Below, piece by piece: positions 50,297 to 63,279 of a stretch of DNA of 64,000 nt; the first letter of the stretch is position 1; each line of letters begins with the position of its first letter. The stretch covers positions 68,512,001-68,576,000 of the forward strand of contig OZ076409.1 of assembly GCA_964187785.1 (NCBI GenBank), written 5' to 3'. The notes under the pieces are model-generated. The model did not search any database and was not told where the DNA came from. It saw only the letters and a list, made by a program, of their open reading frames with translations. The position numbers and the translations under genes are program-made. This DNA is from Amphiscolops sp. MND2022 (Eukaryota).

Positions 50297-52997
50297 TTTT
50301 GCCCTACTTTAGGAGTTATATAGTTTTTGGCATCCCCTTGTCCAGCTTTTTACATGTTGCATGAATGCATGCAGGGAAGTTTCCAGAAAACTAGAAAATT
50401 CAGGGACTTTGCAGGGAAAAATCTTGTGAAACTTTTCTGTATCTTTGAAAATCTTGGAAACTTTTCAATTCGCTTCAAAAAAAGCCCTACAACATATCAA
50501 CTCGTTGGAAAAAATCATCGTTGCTTTGAGAACCTTCAAAAATGCCCTGGAACCTATGAAATTTTCCAAATAGAGTCCATTTCTGCGATGAGAACGAATA
50601 TTTCTCCGGGAACCCTGTCCTTGATAGAAACTGGGAAAAGTGAAAAATATACTGAATAAATTTGAAAACTGAACCTAAAAAGAAATGAAAATTTAAAAAA
50701 CAAATAATATAAGAACACCGAGACATCACTTCCAGAGCATTGGATGAATGAGTTCCGAAGAAAAACTGATTTTAGACTTTCAAAACAGAACCTTTATAAT
50801 CACATGCAACCATTGTAGCGCTACACAAACAGCAGATGCAGTGATGAACTGTTGGCCTTATATACCTGCCTGAAACTATCTAAATATTTATTGCTGGGAA
50901 ACCTTTTGGACACAAAAGGAAACAAAACAATAATTACGACAAGTCTGAAGCCCTTGTTTTTTGTCATTACATACCAAGTTCTCCGCCTTGCTTCCCCAAT
51001 CAAGGTTTTCAATATATTCTGAACAAATTCATATTTCGGCTGGACTTTCTATATTATTTCATCTTTCATAAATTCAATGTAACTAGAAAAACTGTATAGA
51101 AAAACAATTTTCGAATCTTCCTTTTTTTAAAAAAATCCAAAGAGTTCATGACAAACCGGATAGCTGCCCTATTACACTGTTACGAAAAGCAACTCGAATT
51201 TTCTTCCGGAAAAGTTCAGCTAAAATGATCGTTTTAAAAAAAAGAATTATCGAAACCTTTCCTTCACAGTTACTTGAATCAATTTTCAAACGTTTTCGTG
51301 AATATGACTTTCACAATAAGACAGAGATGAAAAGTGAGCTTCTTGCCACTCGCCAATCCTTTTTAAAAAAGAAATCAAAATTTTGATAAGAAAAATGACT
51401 GAATTAAAATAGAAAACAGTCCAAATTTATATATTTTGGACAATTGATGCTACTTCACAATTCGTAAATGTTGTGAGTTTGAAATTCAATAAAATTGTCA
51501 AACGAAACAATTGACTACTTTTATTTCTTTCATACCTTTTTTGACAGAGATATAACCAGTTTTCTTTCAAAATATTGGGTAAAATTACCGAAAATGATAA
51601 AAGTTTCTGTTTTTAGTCGTGTAGTGGTAAGAGTACTTGGCTAGTGTTGATAGGGAATCATTCTTCGAACCTTCTTCAACTCAACTCCGTTGAGTTTGTG
51701 AAAAATTCAGCATGACCAAAACCGTCGAAACCAAAGTTAATGTCAGTTCAGTTCTGTCGGAGAACACTTTGAATTTGGTTATTACTTTGGAACGTGGCAA
51801 ATTTTGGGAAAAAGGAGGCTCAAGTAATATTTTTTCTTTTCCATGTGGAAATGTGGGCGGAAAATAACAAAACTAAACAAAGTGGGTAAAAATTGTTTGG
51901 AACGGAAAATATTCTTGTGTTTAACGGGTGAGGGTGTCTTTTTTTCAAACGTTTGGTCAACAAAATGTTGCTCTTTGATGATAGAACAACTTTATTTCAT
52001 TTGATTGTTACGATTGTTACTTGTGATACCCAAATACCTAAACAAATTTACATAAAACTTACGTGGTTTTTACATGGTTATGGGCAAACATACGTGGTTA
52101 TTCAGTTTAACGTCATCTAATTGATGAGCTCCAGAGGTCGATGGCTCGAACTAATTGAGAATTCCGCGTAACCTCTTAAAACTTTCGGTTCACTCAGTTC
52201 CCGATGCATTCATATCCACCAACATTTTAGTATTTGGGAAACAGCCGCATTACAGTTTCAAGATGCACATTCCAGTCAGAGTCTGACCTACAACGCTGAT
52301 GATTCAGTAATTCAGTATCTTCTTTCCTGATTTTTCTTCGGTGCACAGTAAACCTATCAAATCTGGTGTATATATTTTATAAACTTCAAATTCGGATGTC
52401 GTGTGATCGAAAAAGCTCCGCCTTCAGTTGAGTATTTGCAGATGTTTTCTAGGAAAGTCGCTTCATAAAAGTTTCAATTTCGTCAAAAACTGTTGTAATT
52501 TCAGATCTTTTTGCCAACAAAAATCCTCGCAGGTGTTGATGGCGCCCAAATTATGCCATGAAAATGTCACATTGATCGCAAACTCAATGAAAGTTGAGAA
52601 AAAATGAATTTTATAACCTCTTCGAGGTGTCATTCATTCGATGAGTTCGACGGACAAGTTTGAGTAGTTACATTATCAGTTTGAACTAATTAGAGACTCC
52701 TCGTAGCTTGCCAATTCTACGTTTATGATTTTTAACTTCTGTTTTTGAAAACGGAGAGTTCGTTTGTTCGTTTAGACTAAGAGTTCTTAGTGCTAGATCC
52801 CTGTATTGATACAGTAAGTAGTTCTTGTTTTCTACGCGTGATCCACACTGGACAAAATTTGACTTCGAAAAAGTTTCAAACATATGGGAACTGTTTTTCC
52901 CGAAGTGCGATTTTTAGCACGTCCTACGATGGGTTTAGCACAAATTGGGATTTATGCGACAAATTTTTAAAATGCGGGAAAAATTCACGATAGCCTG

Positions 52998-53387
52998 TTT
53001 TTAGTCGGCGCCTTTTCCCTTAAGGAAAAAAGCCCGACTCTTACAGTGAGTAGTTTTTTTTTTGTTTTTTTCAGTTGACAATCTCACTCTGAGTGGTCCA
53101 CTTTTCTTACAATTCTGCAATTCTGCGCAGAAGGCAAACTTTACTCCAAAGGGTCCCCCTTTCAGTTTTTACTTTTTCAAGGAAACATACACAACCGGAC
53201 GTGCCCAAAGGGTCCCCCCTTTGGATTTTTTTCGGCATTTTGCGACTTAAAAAATACTTTTTTTTCGAAAAAAATTTCAAAAATAATTTTTTTGAAAAAT
53301 TTTTTTTCCAAATTTTTACAATAGTTGTTCCTTGAATATTTTTGAGCCTAAGATATGGCGCCGACTTGGGACGTTCCCGTCTTGTTT
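52998..53387 (+). mobile_element. Short HINE, family A (AGTCGGCGC subTIR)
   Basis: T-run + AGTCGGCGCC (53003-53012); nearby partial IR; CAAAGGGTCCCC core repeats; 3' GGCGCCGACT (53357-53366); GACG-TTCC-CGTC stem-loop; terminal CTTGTTT. Confidence 0.75.
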
Positions 53388-53794
53388 GTTTCAGTAAAGG
53401 TGACCGTATGATTTAATCTGATCGAAGGACACTTTGATAATTTTCTGTTGAATCATTTTCCATTTTGACTCTTTTCCGTTAAGATCTCGAGAAGTTTACT
53501 TACTCTGAGAATTTTTAAAAAATGATTTTCATGAATATTAACGACTGGAGAATACGATTAGGCTGATTTGCTCTGACTCATAGCACTAAAGCAGTATTGT
53601 TATAGTCAAGATGACGCTCATTTATTCTCGTCGTTTCACTTGGAAACGGTATGTTCCAGGGTTGAATAGTTTCGCTTTTCAAGTTCACCATGAAAATAGA
53701 AGAAAAATATTTCTTTCACAAACTTCTGAACCGCTTTCAAGCACTCTAAATGAAACAAGCGAGTCCATGTTTGAGTCCAGCGAGTATAACACCT

Positions 53795-54625
53795 TTTAAG
53801 ACTCAATTTGTAAATGAATTTTCAAATTGAAGAAAAGTGAAATCAATTTGAATTTCGGAAATTCATTTGGAACATAGTGAATAAAAACCAACAGAAGTGA
53901 GTTCAACTTGAACTTTGAAAATTCAATTTGAATGTCTAGATTAGCTTTCAATAGACAGCTTCTCTTGCTAGACATCGGGGAATGTGGGACAGAGTAAGGT
54001 TGTACCATCCAATGCATTTGGTCTCGGTAATTTCACAAACTGTGGATTCCATAATGCCTCTCAAAGTGTCAAATCGGTACTGCTGAAGAGACCGCCTCCA
54101 AAATCAAACTCAGTTGGATTCTGAAAAGCATCCATTCGTTCAGTCACGTTTCGCGTTATTGCACTCTTCCATCCCGAAATTGCATTTTCCACCATATCCC
54201 CATGAAGGATAATGTTACCATAGAAAAATTGCGAAAAAAATTGGGAATGGAGTTTTTCATACCTTCCTGAAAAATGTGATAATGAAGAAGACCTCCCCGT
54301 GTTGATACAGCGCAGCACACAGTGAATTTGGCTCCACGTTGGCCCGAAACTTTTCTGAAGGCTCTCTGTCCTATACATCTCTCTGAAACAGACAACTGAT
54401 TTTTACGATCCGCAATTACACATTTTATTCTAAACGTGAGAAACTTCTTGTCTTTTAAAATCATTTTTCAAGGTTCAAAAAGATTTCACTTTTGGTATGA
54501 CTTTTATTTCCGCTCAAATTAAAAGTTGGAAATTCAAAATGTTTCTACGAAAAAAGCAGTTTCAAAATGATTTCACTTTTGTTCAATTTGAATTTTCAAA
54601 ACGCGGAATTGAACTTTGAAAAGTG
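53795..54625 (-). mobile_element. Internally deleted IS630-Tc1-mariner (TRT/DD37E-like) transposon
   Basis: Minus-strand GQRAFRKVSGQRGAKFTVCCAVS...LLHY, VENAISGWK and C-terminal ITETKCIGWY...IPRCLARE (stop 53948-53950). Inverted repeats at 53821-53844 and 54569-54592 (23/24 identical). Confidence 0.7.
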
Positions 54626-57600
54626 TAATGCTTGATGCAAGTACGAATATCAACAAATTGACCCTTTTAGAGAAGCACTCTTCTATGTTACTTCAATTCA
54701 CTTCTGCTAAAATCAATTCTGGCGTCAAGGATGATATAGTGCTAGAAAATCGAAGCGCTATCAAATATAATGAATTATGAGACCGTGTTATTAAGCAGTG
54801 CAGAAATCTCTACAATCTAAGGGTATGTCTTATGTCGTTACTTCATTAAACTTGCTCTCTGGTTTCGATTGCGGTTCCGATTGTACTCAGTCAATATTTA
54901 CAGTCTTGAGAAACGTTGAGAGAAGTATATAAATACTAACTTCTCTAGTGTGAGCATTTGGAATTGTCGATAAATTTCTGGATTTTCGCGGAACCTTTAG
55001 TAAAAATCTTGGAAAGATTCTGTAAGATTCTCATCAAGAGCGCCAAGAATACGTACGATCTCGTAAGATCTCCCAAGTGTTTCAAAAGAAAAGCTAACAA
55101 TTGTGAATGAAAAATGAAAAAAAAACGTAACCAACTGTGGCTTGTTCAGCGTAGCTATTATTCCGCCGCGGTTCACGCTATCAGCCGTGCTACCCCCCCC
55201 CCCAAATCTCAATACGTTATGTTATGCTATAGCAAAAACGTCCAATAGTTTTACTTCAAGGATAAAAATCAGTTTTTTGAAATTTCAAGTTTTTGAAACA
55301 AGTTTTTTCAAGTTAGTTATTTTCGTGAGACGCTCGATAAGATCCTCACCAAAACTGTACGTAAGAATCTCTGGAGGTTCATTTCAACCAAGAATTAACA
55401 AGATCTTATGAAGACATACAAGATACCGGAAGTATGTGAGAAAATGCAAGATCTTAAAAGAGTTTCAAGATATTGCGCACTAAGTCCGCCATCAAAAACG
55501 TTCTGTTAAATGGTGTATTTTATTTTAAACAAAGACACTCTCAACGTAAATGGTTCATAGTTTTAGGATTGCATATCAATACCAGTTTGAGTTAACCTGA
55601 ATATTCCATTTTGACGCGAGAGTAGTTCGGTTTACACCCAAATTGGATAAAAGAAACACGGATAAAAGAAACGTTTGGATTTAATAAATGTTTTCACTCC
55701 TCCGATTTTATGCATGACGAACTTTCCATGCTAAGTGGACAATTGATAAAAGAAAATATTGATAATAGAAACGCCTTTCTTACCACTCTCTGCGTTTGTT
55801 TCATCCGATTTAGAATATATTTAATTCCTGGTTGGTTCTCTGGGGCGAAGACATTAGAAGAGCTGATCAGCTCATTCTTCGTCCCTTTTGTTTGTATAGT
55901 TTAATACTTATGTAATGGCCTACAAATGAATAAATAAATTCTTTCTTCTTTCTTTCTTTCTTGATGCCGTTCTTTATCAGATTTTTTCATCATTGCCTTT
56001 TTGATGTCCAACAAAAACGAGTTTTTTTTTCTTTGGACAAAAAACATCAGTCAAAACCGCAATTAACTGATTTTTATGAATTGTGAAAAATTATGTACAC
56101 TATAGTGAAACGTTAGAATGCGACAAAACATCAGAAGTTTATTATCAAGGTATGTCCCAATTCACCTATTTTTGTTCACTTGGGAACGCTGTTTTGTCTA
56201 TCAATGGAAAACAGTTTGAAGTACAAACAATTTTTTGACAATTTCTCACAAAACTAATTTAGTTACTGCCATAATATGTTTCTGTTGTAATAATTGAAGG
56301 AATCACTGACTTACAGATTGTCTGGTTAACCTAAGTGACAAAAGATCTCTCATATTTTCCGCGACATTTGGACACAAGTTTAAAGTTCCAAAAATTTTAA
56401 ATTAGAAATAGGTTGTATTTTCCCAATTTTAAACGTGCCTTTATAATGTAAGCAGCCCAAGAAACACCATTGCCTAAAGCATTCTAAAAAGGTCTCCCAA
56501 AAAATCGATTTATTCAACAAAATACCAGAATTATATCTAAAGTTCAAGGGAAGATGGATTTTATTAGATGGAAGACGAAATTTAAGCCTCATTAGAACTG
56601 AAAGTGGGTTTGAAAATGAAATTAGTTTATGCTACATGAAGTTCAATAATCTTTTTCAATAGTGGCGTGAATTATTCCGTTATACTCTAGCTGGGGGTGG
56701 CATTAAACAACACTTTTTAAAACGTAACAAAAAATTCGGTTCAGAAAACAAAGGAACTTTTTGAAAAGAAAAACAGGAGAGAAAATAAAGCGCTGTAGGT
56801 GCCAGGATATGGGTCGCCGATCCACAATAAAAAGACGTCTGTCAACTTATTATCGAATTTTTGTTAACGATTGCTTAACATGTAATTTCCCGGTTCAATT
56901 GTTTTGAATTCTTAACAAATTGCAGTTTTTAAATTCTATGTGACGTTAAAACTGCTTATGAAAAGTATGCGTGAACTTGAAAAGCGGGTTATTCTTTGAT
57001 ATGAAACGCTTTCGTGCACTTCCAGAGGTTTAAAGAAGAACAAAAACATTGAAAGGAGTCATTTAAGTCAATTGAACGTGCTTTTGTTCGACCACTGCTG
57101 CGACCACAAGTTTACAAAACTGCGTTCGGGAAGACAATAAAAACCAGGTGGGTATATTGAATGGAAGAAGCAGAATAAAAGTACCAGAATGATTCAATAT
57201 TGGTGCAAGTCTGGGCTTACACAAAAGCAAATAACTGAAAATAACTATGTAGAACAAAAAGATATACTCTCACAATGACTTCTTTATTTTCTCTATTCGT
57301 TCAACCGCAAACTTCACTGAGCTAGACAAAAATTATGAGATTAAAAATTTATCCAGAAGCGAAACTCAATCAGACTGCTTATGATCACTTCTTTTTGTAT
57401 CACAGGTTTTAAAGTGGAACAGTAAATTTTGGTTAGTTTTTGTTATTCAACCTAATGATATATTGCTCCATTTCCAGATCATTTTTTACAGTTATTAATA
57501 TTTATTTTCACCTAAAAACACATTATTTTCTAAAACACGGTATTTCGTATCCATTTGAACGTTTAAATGCGAATTCGAATGATTTCCGAAAACCTAGCAG

Positions 57601-58152
57601 AATGTTCAAACGCGTTTACTTTTGATGTAGCTGCAAGTTAAGGAAGTTTTCATTTGCTTTCTCTACCTAAACCAAGCGTATAGAAACCAAACTTTGATGA
57701 TTCTTTGAAGCATCTTGATAAGAGTTGATGACAACAGCTGTCGGTGTTTTAGAAAATAATGTGTTTTTAGGTGAAAGTAATTATTTTCCCTAGGGAAATA
57801 ATAAAGCATTAAAGTTTCCGTAAGAGATTTAGAAAATCATTCAAAAAGTTGCTGGCAACTTTAAAGAACATATAAAAAGTTCACGGAAGTTGAACAAGGG
57901 TACCCTAACAATTCTATATTTTCTAAATCAAATATCTTGGTGAAAATAAAATAACACTAGTGAGGAAAATGATTCCGATTTCAAGAACTTTCCTGTATCT
58001 TTCTAGAGCTGAAAACTTGAAATCTGGATGCAAAGAGTTTGCCTTTCCTGATAAACTTGACGAAACCGTTTTTTGAAAAATTTAGGATTCAGTATTCAAT
58101 TTTCGATTTTTTATGATCTTCAACCATTCCTTTTTGAATGGTTCGATACGTT

Positions 58153-58166
58153 GTAACCAGGGTAAC
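58153..58166. promoter_or_regulatory. Candidate RFX X-box
   Basis: GTAACC-AG-GGTAAC fits GTNRCC(N0-3)RGYAAC and sits inside a longer near-palindrome, about 240 bp upstream of the channel ATG. Confidence 0.45.
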
Positions 58167-58407
58167 AACCCAAAAGGTAACAGCTTGTGATTTATTCGGC
58201 ACTGTGAAGCTAGTCGATATTTCATGAAAAACAGACAGACCGCAAGCTATAATGAAGAATTTTGGTTTTTTTGAGGTGTGATTGGGACAGATTTGAGTTT
58301 GTTAACATTCGAATTTGCTTCAGAACAAAAGCAATTCCGCCCGAACTGAATGCATCATCATTTGTGAACTACGTCACAGAGAAAACCACCTCCATATCTC
58401 TCACAAG

Positions 58408-59991
58408 ATGTTCCAAAAAAGTACTTGGACAAACAATTTGGTCAAAGAGGAGGAGGGTCCGAATGTTACCCCTAACAAATCCTGGACTGATTCTCTGGAC
58501 AACTACTTGGTTGCCAATTCTCTGGGATGGCTAAAACAGTTCATAGCTTGGAGATATCTTCTCTTTTTGATCATGTGGTGTGTCTGCATCGTCTTATCGT
58601 TTCTTTTTATCAGCAGCACATTTAATGAGTACCGGCAAAGTGGACCCATAACGACCACCACTTTCGCAGACTACCCCGAAAAACCAGATCCAGTGATTGT
58701 GAAAGTTTGCAACAGCGTCTTTTTGGATACCAAAAAAATTCTGGCCTACAATGGAACTGAATTTGGATATGACACCTATGAATTTTTATACGAAGCGGCT
58801 TCTGGTAATTTTATGTTCAACGATGGTAAATGGGTGATGTCGACATCCGTGAATGACATGTTTTTCCTGAGTAACCGGATGTTGGAAGAATTCCGACTAG
58901 ACATTGAGGATTTCGTAGGCACTTGTTACGTTGCTGGATTGTATGAAGACTGTATAAAGGACTTCAAGTGGCATTTGGACATAGAAACTTCATGCTACCA
59001 AGCGCAGATAGATCTCGGAGGCTATGGAAAAAACAGGGCTCTCAAATTGGGTTTCTTCTTCAACCCCGAAATTCAATTGGGCAAGTACATTGCGCAAAAA
59101 GGGGCTTATGTCACAATTTTTCATCCCGATGATTATATCCCATATTCGAGTGGGTTCTTTGTAGAACCTAAAGATTTTATCATCATATCAGCGACAACCG
59201 AACATAAAGTACAGAAGCAGTCTTTTGAGAAAGCGAAATGCAGAATGGTAGAAGGCCCTCTGTCTTATAACTACACAGGAGAACCATTCGAAGTGGCTTA
59301 TAATAAAGAATACTGCGCCATCTTGTGTTCAGCGGAGGCATATTACAAGGAATGCAATTGTTCGCCGTTTTATGGCATGAACCAAACCAACACCGAATGC
59401 CTTGAGAAGGAAGAGAACCGGTTATGTTTGAAAAATCTGGGAGTATCCCCGGATAGAGTTGAAAAAGCCAGTCAAAAATGTATGGCCGGATGTTTGAACA
59501 AATGCAAGCAAACTTCGCTGAGGACAAAAATTTACAGAGAACGAAATAAGTACACGACTTACAAGTTTTTGACACTCAATCAAGATTTGGGCTCCCAGTA
59601 CGCTTATCAATCTCGAATCACTCAATACGTGGGGTACAGGTTAATGACAGCCGGTGAGAACCTCTTGCAAGAAGCGGATGAACTCAAAGATGGACTCGCC
59701 CATGTGACTTTTTATCTGCAAAGCAACGCACAAGAGGTCGTCGTCGAGGTCGTCCCCTTCATGACCTTTGCGACCTTTGTGAGCAACGTTGGGGGGCTGA
59801 TGGGACTCTGGCTGGGTCTCAGTGCAATCTCAATCATAGAATTTCTGCAGAAATCTTCTAATTATATAATTCTGATGCGGAATACTCTCAGTCGGCCTGT
59901 AAATAAGAGAAGAAATGGAGCTAATCAACATGGTATGAATACTAATCATCAGCAGGGCTTCACGCCGAATTCCAAAACAATGTTTCGATGA
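58408..59991 (+). CDS. DEG/ENaC/ASIC superfamily (amiloride-sensitive-type) sodium channel subunit, single exon, ~527 aa from first ATG
   Basis: Longest ORF in the window (track start 58315 is TTG; first ATG 58408). TM1 (YLLFLIMWCVCIVLSFLFI); post-TM1 PVIVKVCN (FPAVTxCN-like); GAYVTIFHPDDYIP; Cys-rich thumb (YNKEYCAILC...CNCSP...CLNKC); pre-TM2/TM2 SNVGGLMGLWLGLSAISIIEFL with G-x-S filter. Confidence 0.93.
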   Translation: MFQKSTWTNNLVKEEEGPNVTPNKSWTDSLDNYLVANSLGWLKQFIAWRYLLFLIMWCVCIVLSFLFISSTFNEYRQSGPITTTTFADYPEKPDPVIVKVCNSVFLDTKKILAYNGTEFGYDTYEFLYEAASGNFMFNDGKWVMSTSVNDMFFLSNRMLEEFRLDIEDFVGTCYVAGLYEDCIKDFKWHLDIETSCYQAQIDLGGYGKNRALKLGFFFNPEIQLGKYIAQKGAYVTIFHPDDYIPYSSGFFVEPKDFIIISATTEHKVQKQSFEKAKCRMVEGPLSYNYTGEPFEVAYNKEYCAILCSAEAYYKECNCSPFYGMNQTNTECLEKEENRLCLKNLGVSPDRVEKASQKCMAGCLNKCKQTSLRTKIYRERNKYTTYKFLTLNQDLGSQYAYQSRITQYVGYRLMTAGENLLQEADELKDGLAHVTFYLQSNAQEVVVEVVPFMTFATFVSNVGGLMGLWLGLSAISIIEFLQKSSNYIILMRNTLSRPVNKRRNGANQHGMNTNHQQGFTPNSKTMFR

Positions 59992-60637
59992 AAGTTTCGA
60001 AAGAAAACTTCGACTTTGCATCCTCATGCACATTTTGAAAATTCATAACAACTTGCTGAAACTCAGCAACATAGCTTCGAAAAGCATCTCAAAAACATCC
60101 ACTACTAAGTTCTAGGTATTCAGAACTTGGCAATACAATGATGTGTTCCCTGGTTGTTGTAACATTCCTTAATGAAAATTGAACAACGTGCATGAGGATG
60201 AAGATGAGAATTTGTAGAGAAAGGTTTTCAATTAAAAACAACAAGAAAATGATCCTTTCTATCAGAAACATTCAATGATCAATTTTGACTTCATACAGTG
60301 ATTAGTTTCAACTGTGTAATCCATTTTCATTTGAGAAACAAACTTTGAAAACCTAGAAAATAGTTGAATAAAATTTCATCAATTTGAATGAAGGAGAAAT
60401 AGATAACAATTTAGACAACAAAAGAGCGAGAGATAACAATCTATACACAAAAAATCTTGTTTATGCAGTTACCGCTATATATCCCAGTAGCTATAAATTT
60501 ATTTAGGAAACCAAAAACTGGATACGGCGAAACCAGAGCCCCAAGGTTTCCCATTATACTTATTAGAGGTATGGAAAACCATGAGGCTCCTGTTAATGAA
60601 CAAGTAAAGGGGCAGTATTCGAGATCATTAATAATCT

Positions 60638-60868
60638 CCGCTATACTATTGATTTTTTTTCCTATCAGAGAGTACCTTTCAGTATATTTTGACTTTTGTT
60701 CAACAAAAAGACGATTTCAAAGTCTAAGCATGTTGAGGAAATTATTTTCGTAATTAGGAAAATAATTTCCTCAGCATGCTTAGACATTGAAATCGTCTTT
60801 TTGTTAAACGAAAGTCAATATATACTAAGAGGGACTCTCTGATACGAAAAAAATCAATCGCTTAGCGG
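60638..60868. repeat. Long near-perfect palindrome / foldback element (231 bp)
   Basis: Arms of ~115 bp are reverse complements about the centre TAATTA (60751-60756). Confidence 0.9.
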
Positions 60869-62112
60869 TGTCCATTACTTTCAAACCTTATACTCACGCG
60901 TACAAATGCTGAAACGAAAGCGAAAATTTTTCCTGTCCCCTATTTGTAAAGTGGGTCCCACTTTTTTGTAAGTTTTCAACCTTTAACACTTATTTCTCCT
61001 TTATATCGCGTTTTTTCTCCAATTTTTGTTTCAAAAATGAGTCTCATAGTATGATGTTTTAATATCGGAAAATAGAAAATGGTTAGATTTTGCAACGCGT
61101 TAAAATTTTTGATCCGTGGTTTACGGTAAAGGGTGCTACAAATTTCATTTTTATATTTCCAATTTATAGGAATAGTTGCTGCAACCACAACACAAATATT
61201 GTAGGCCATATAAGAACGCTATATATGTCTCCGAAAAAATTCGGCCTCTTCATTTCCGCCTTACCAAACAGCGTACAATACAATTTTATCCTAGTTTGAA
61301 GTCCTTGTTCTTGTTGTTGAGGATAGATATCTCAAAAGCAATTTTAGTTGCAGTGCAGCCGTAGTACGGCTGCCGTACTATAAACATATAATAGACTAAC
61401 AGAGAGGGTTACTAAGACGTTGAATTAAAACAATGTTGTCGTAATGCGTAGAGTAAACTTCAGCATATATCAATACAGTACAGTATGCTCAATCGTACAC
61501 CAAATGTACAGAAATAAGTGACTGTCTATCAGGCAAGTAGTTTGTCAAAAGGTCTGGAGTTTGACATTCTCTCCTCAACATTCCCCCCTTCGCGGATTGA
61601 GGATTAGAGGAAACCATTCGTTATTCTTCTCGGGGGCAGGTACAGGTTGAATCTTCTCGTCTGAGCCCAGCTTCGGTTTTTTAAAGGCACGCATAATGTG
61701 CCTTGGGGAAGGAGTTTTTTTGCTAAACCAGTCAAAGACTCATGAAAAGTATTCGTTGCCCCCCATTTTCTCTACACGATTCGCGGTCCCTATTCTACGA
61801 GATCTTCTAACATTACTACTATTTTTGGAGTTTATAGTACTCGTTAACGACGAAACAATATGCTATTAAGCGCGCTTTTGGAAAGAAGATATGGAAGAAA
61901 TATATGGGAAGTTTTTCAAAAAACTCTTCGAAACTACAATAAAAAAGCCAAGTCTTTTTTTTCCATTTTGTGGCAACTGAATCCCATTTCCTGAATGTTT
62001 TCAAAAATATTCGATAAACAAAAATCTCAACCGGCGCTGAAACAATTAGCTATCAATACCATCTTTAAAATTTTGAACCTAATTTCGTGATTCAATTCCA
62101 TTTTTTCACCTT

Positions 62113-62662
62113 CCTTTGTCGAACATGCTTGAACTTTTTACATGTACTTTAATGTTGCCAGCAACTTTTACTATGATGATCTAAATACCTTACGGAAACT
62201 TTAATGCGTTAGTATTTCCCTGTTGTCGCCAACTTGTATCAAGTTGCTCTAAAGAATCATCAATTTTTTGGTGGCAATTTCAAACCGTGAATTTCTGCAT
62301 GTTTCAAAATGCAACAATGCTATTTTTAAAAGCAGCTGAGACGTCAACAATTTTACCGCCATTTTAATGCAAATTAACTTCATTCACAATGTGAACGGCA
62401 AACTAGCGTCATCTTCATTGTCCCATTTGAGAAGCGGTGATGAAATCAGATGAGTATTTGAGAAATCAACGTGTGAATACAGCGTGATCGTGTCAGTAAC
62501 AGAGGGGGTAAATATTTTCAAATTTAATTGCTGTAGTGGAAAATGCAGTGTTATTCTACAAGATTTACCACCGGAATTTTACTGTATTTTCTAGGTTTTA
62601 TAAAAAAATACCCTGGATGCAGGCCTGCAGCATGTAAAAAGTTCCAGCAGTCTCAACTAGGG
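62113..62662 (-). mobile_element. TA-flanked MITE, same family as 758-1311 (partial copies ~19260-19477, ~28778-29100, ~50333-50620, ~57630-57902)
   Basis: Shared TTTTTACATGCTGCAGGCCTGCAT.CAGGG and AAAGTTGCTGGCA.CATTAAAG motifs and termini. Confidence 0.8.
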
Positions 62663-63279
62663 TTTCTACCATTTTGGGAAAATAGTGTACAGTATTCAAA
62701 CGACTAGGTGGTGAAAAGTTCTAGCAATTCACAGTTAAAACTATGATGATTCAATGCCACAAAACGCTCAAGAAATGGCAAAAACGTTGCAATGTGTGAT
62801 TTACGTTGGCGTTGTGAGCTACATTTGTGAGTTTTTTAGTTTGTTGAATCTTTGAAAACTCAGCCTTGTTTCGTTGCAGGCAAATTCTTAAAGTCGATTT
62901 TTTTAAAATTTAAAAAAGAGGAACACTTGACGGAAAAAAACCAAAAACTAAGCTACCATCGGCAGCCAAACAAGTGTGACTTGTGCTAATCACCTCAAAA
63001 TCACAGCTTCAAACCCAACATCGATTGACCACGTGCCTGCAACTATGATACGGTAGTCTGCAAGGGGAAGATATTATCCGGAAAGATACCGACTTTGAAA
63101 ATCAAAAATTAGCGAACACCGAACCCGCGTAATTAGTCATTTTGCTTTTTTCTTCGTTTCCCAGTTTTTGTTTCATTTGGCATCTGGATTGTATTTTTCA
63201 AGAAGTTTTCGTCAGTGCTAGCATCGCGGAATTGATGACCGAAACAACTAGGTGCTTAGCATGCTCTTAGGTGGAATGA

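Noticed and set aside
700..52150. Functional tRNA genes at A/B-box-like sites (~705, ~8710, ~27945, ~42265, ~51615, ~52135)
   Set aside because: No complete cloverleaf can be folded; these are degenerate SINE/HINE heads.
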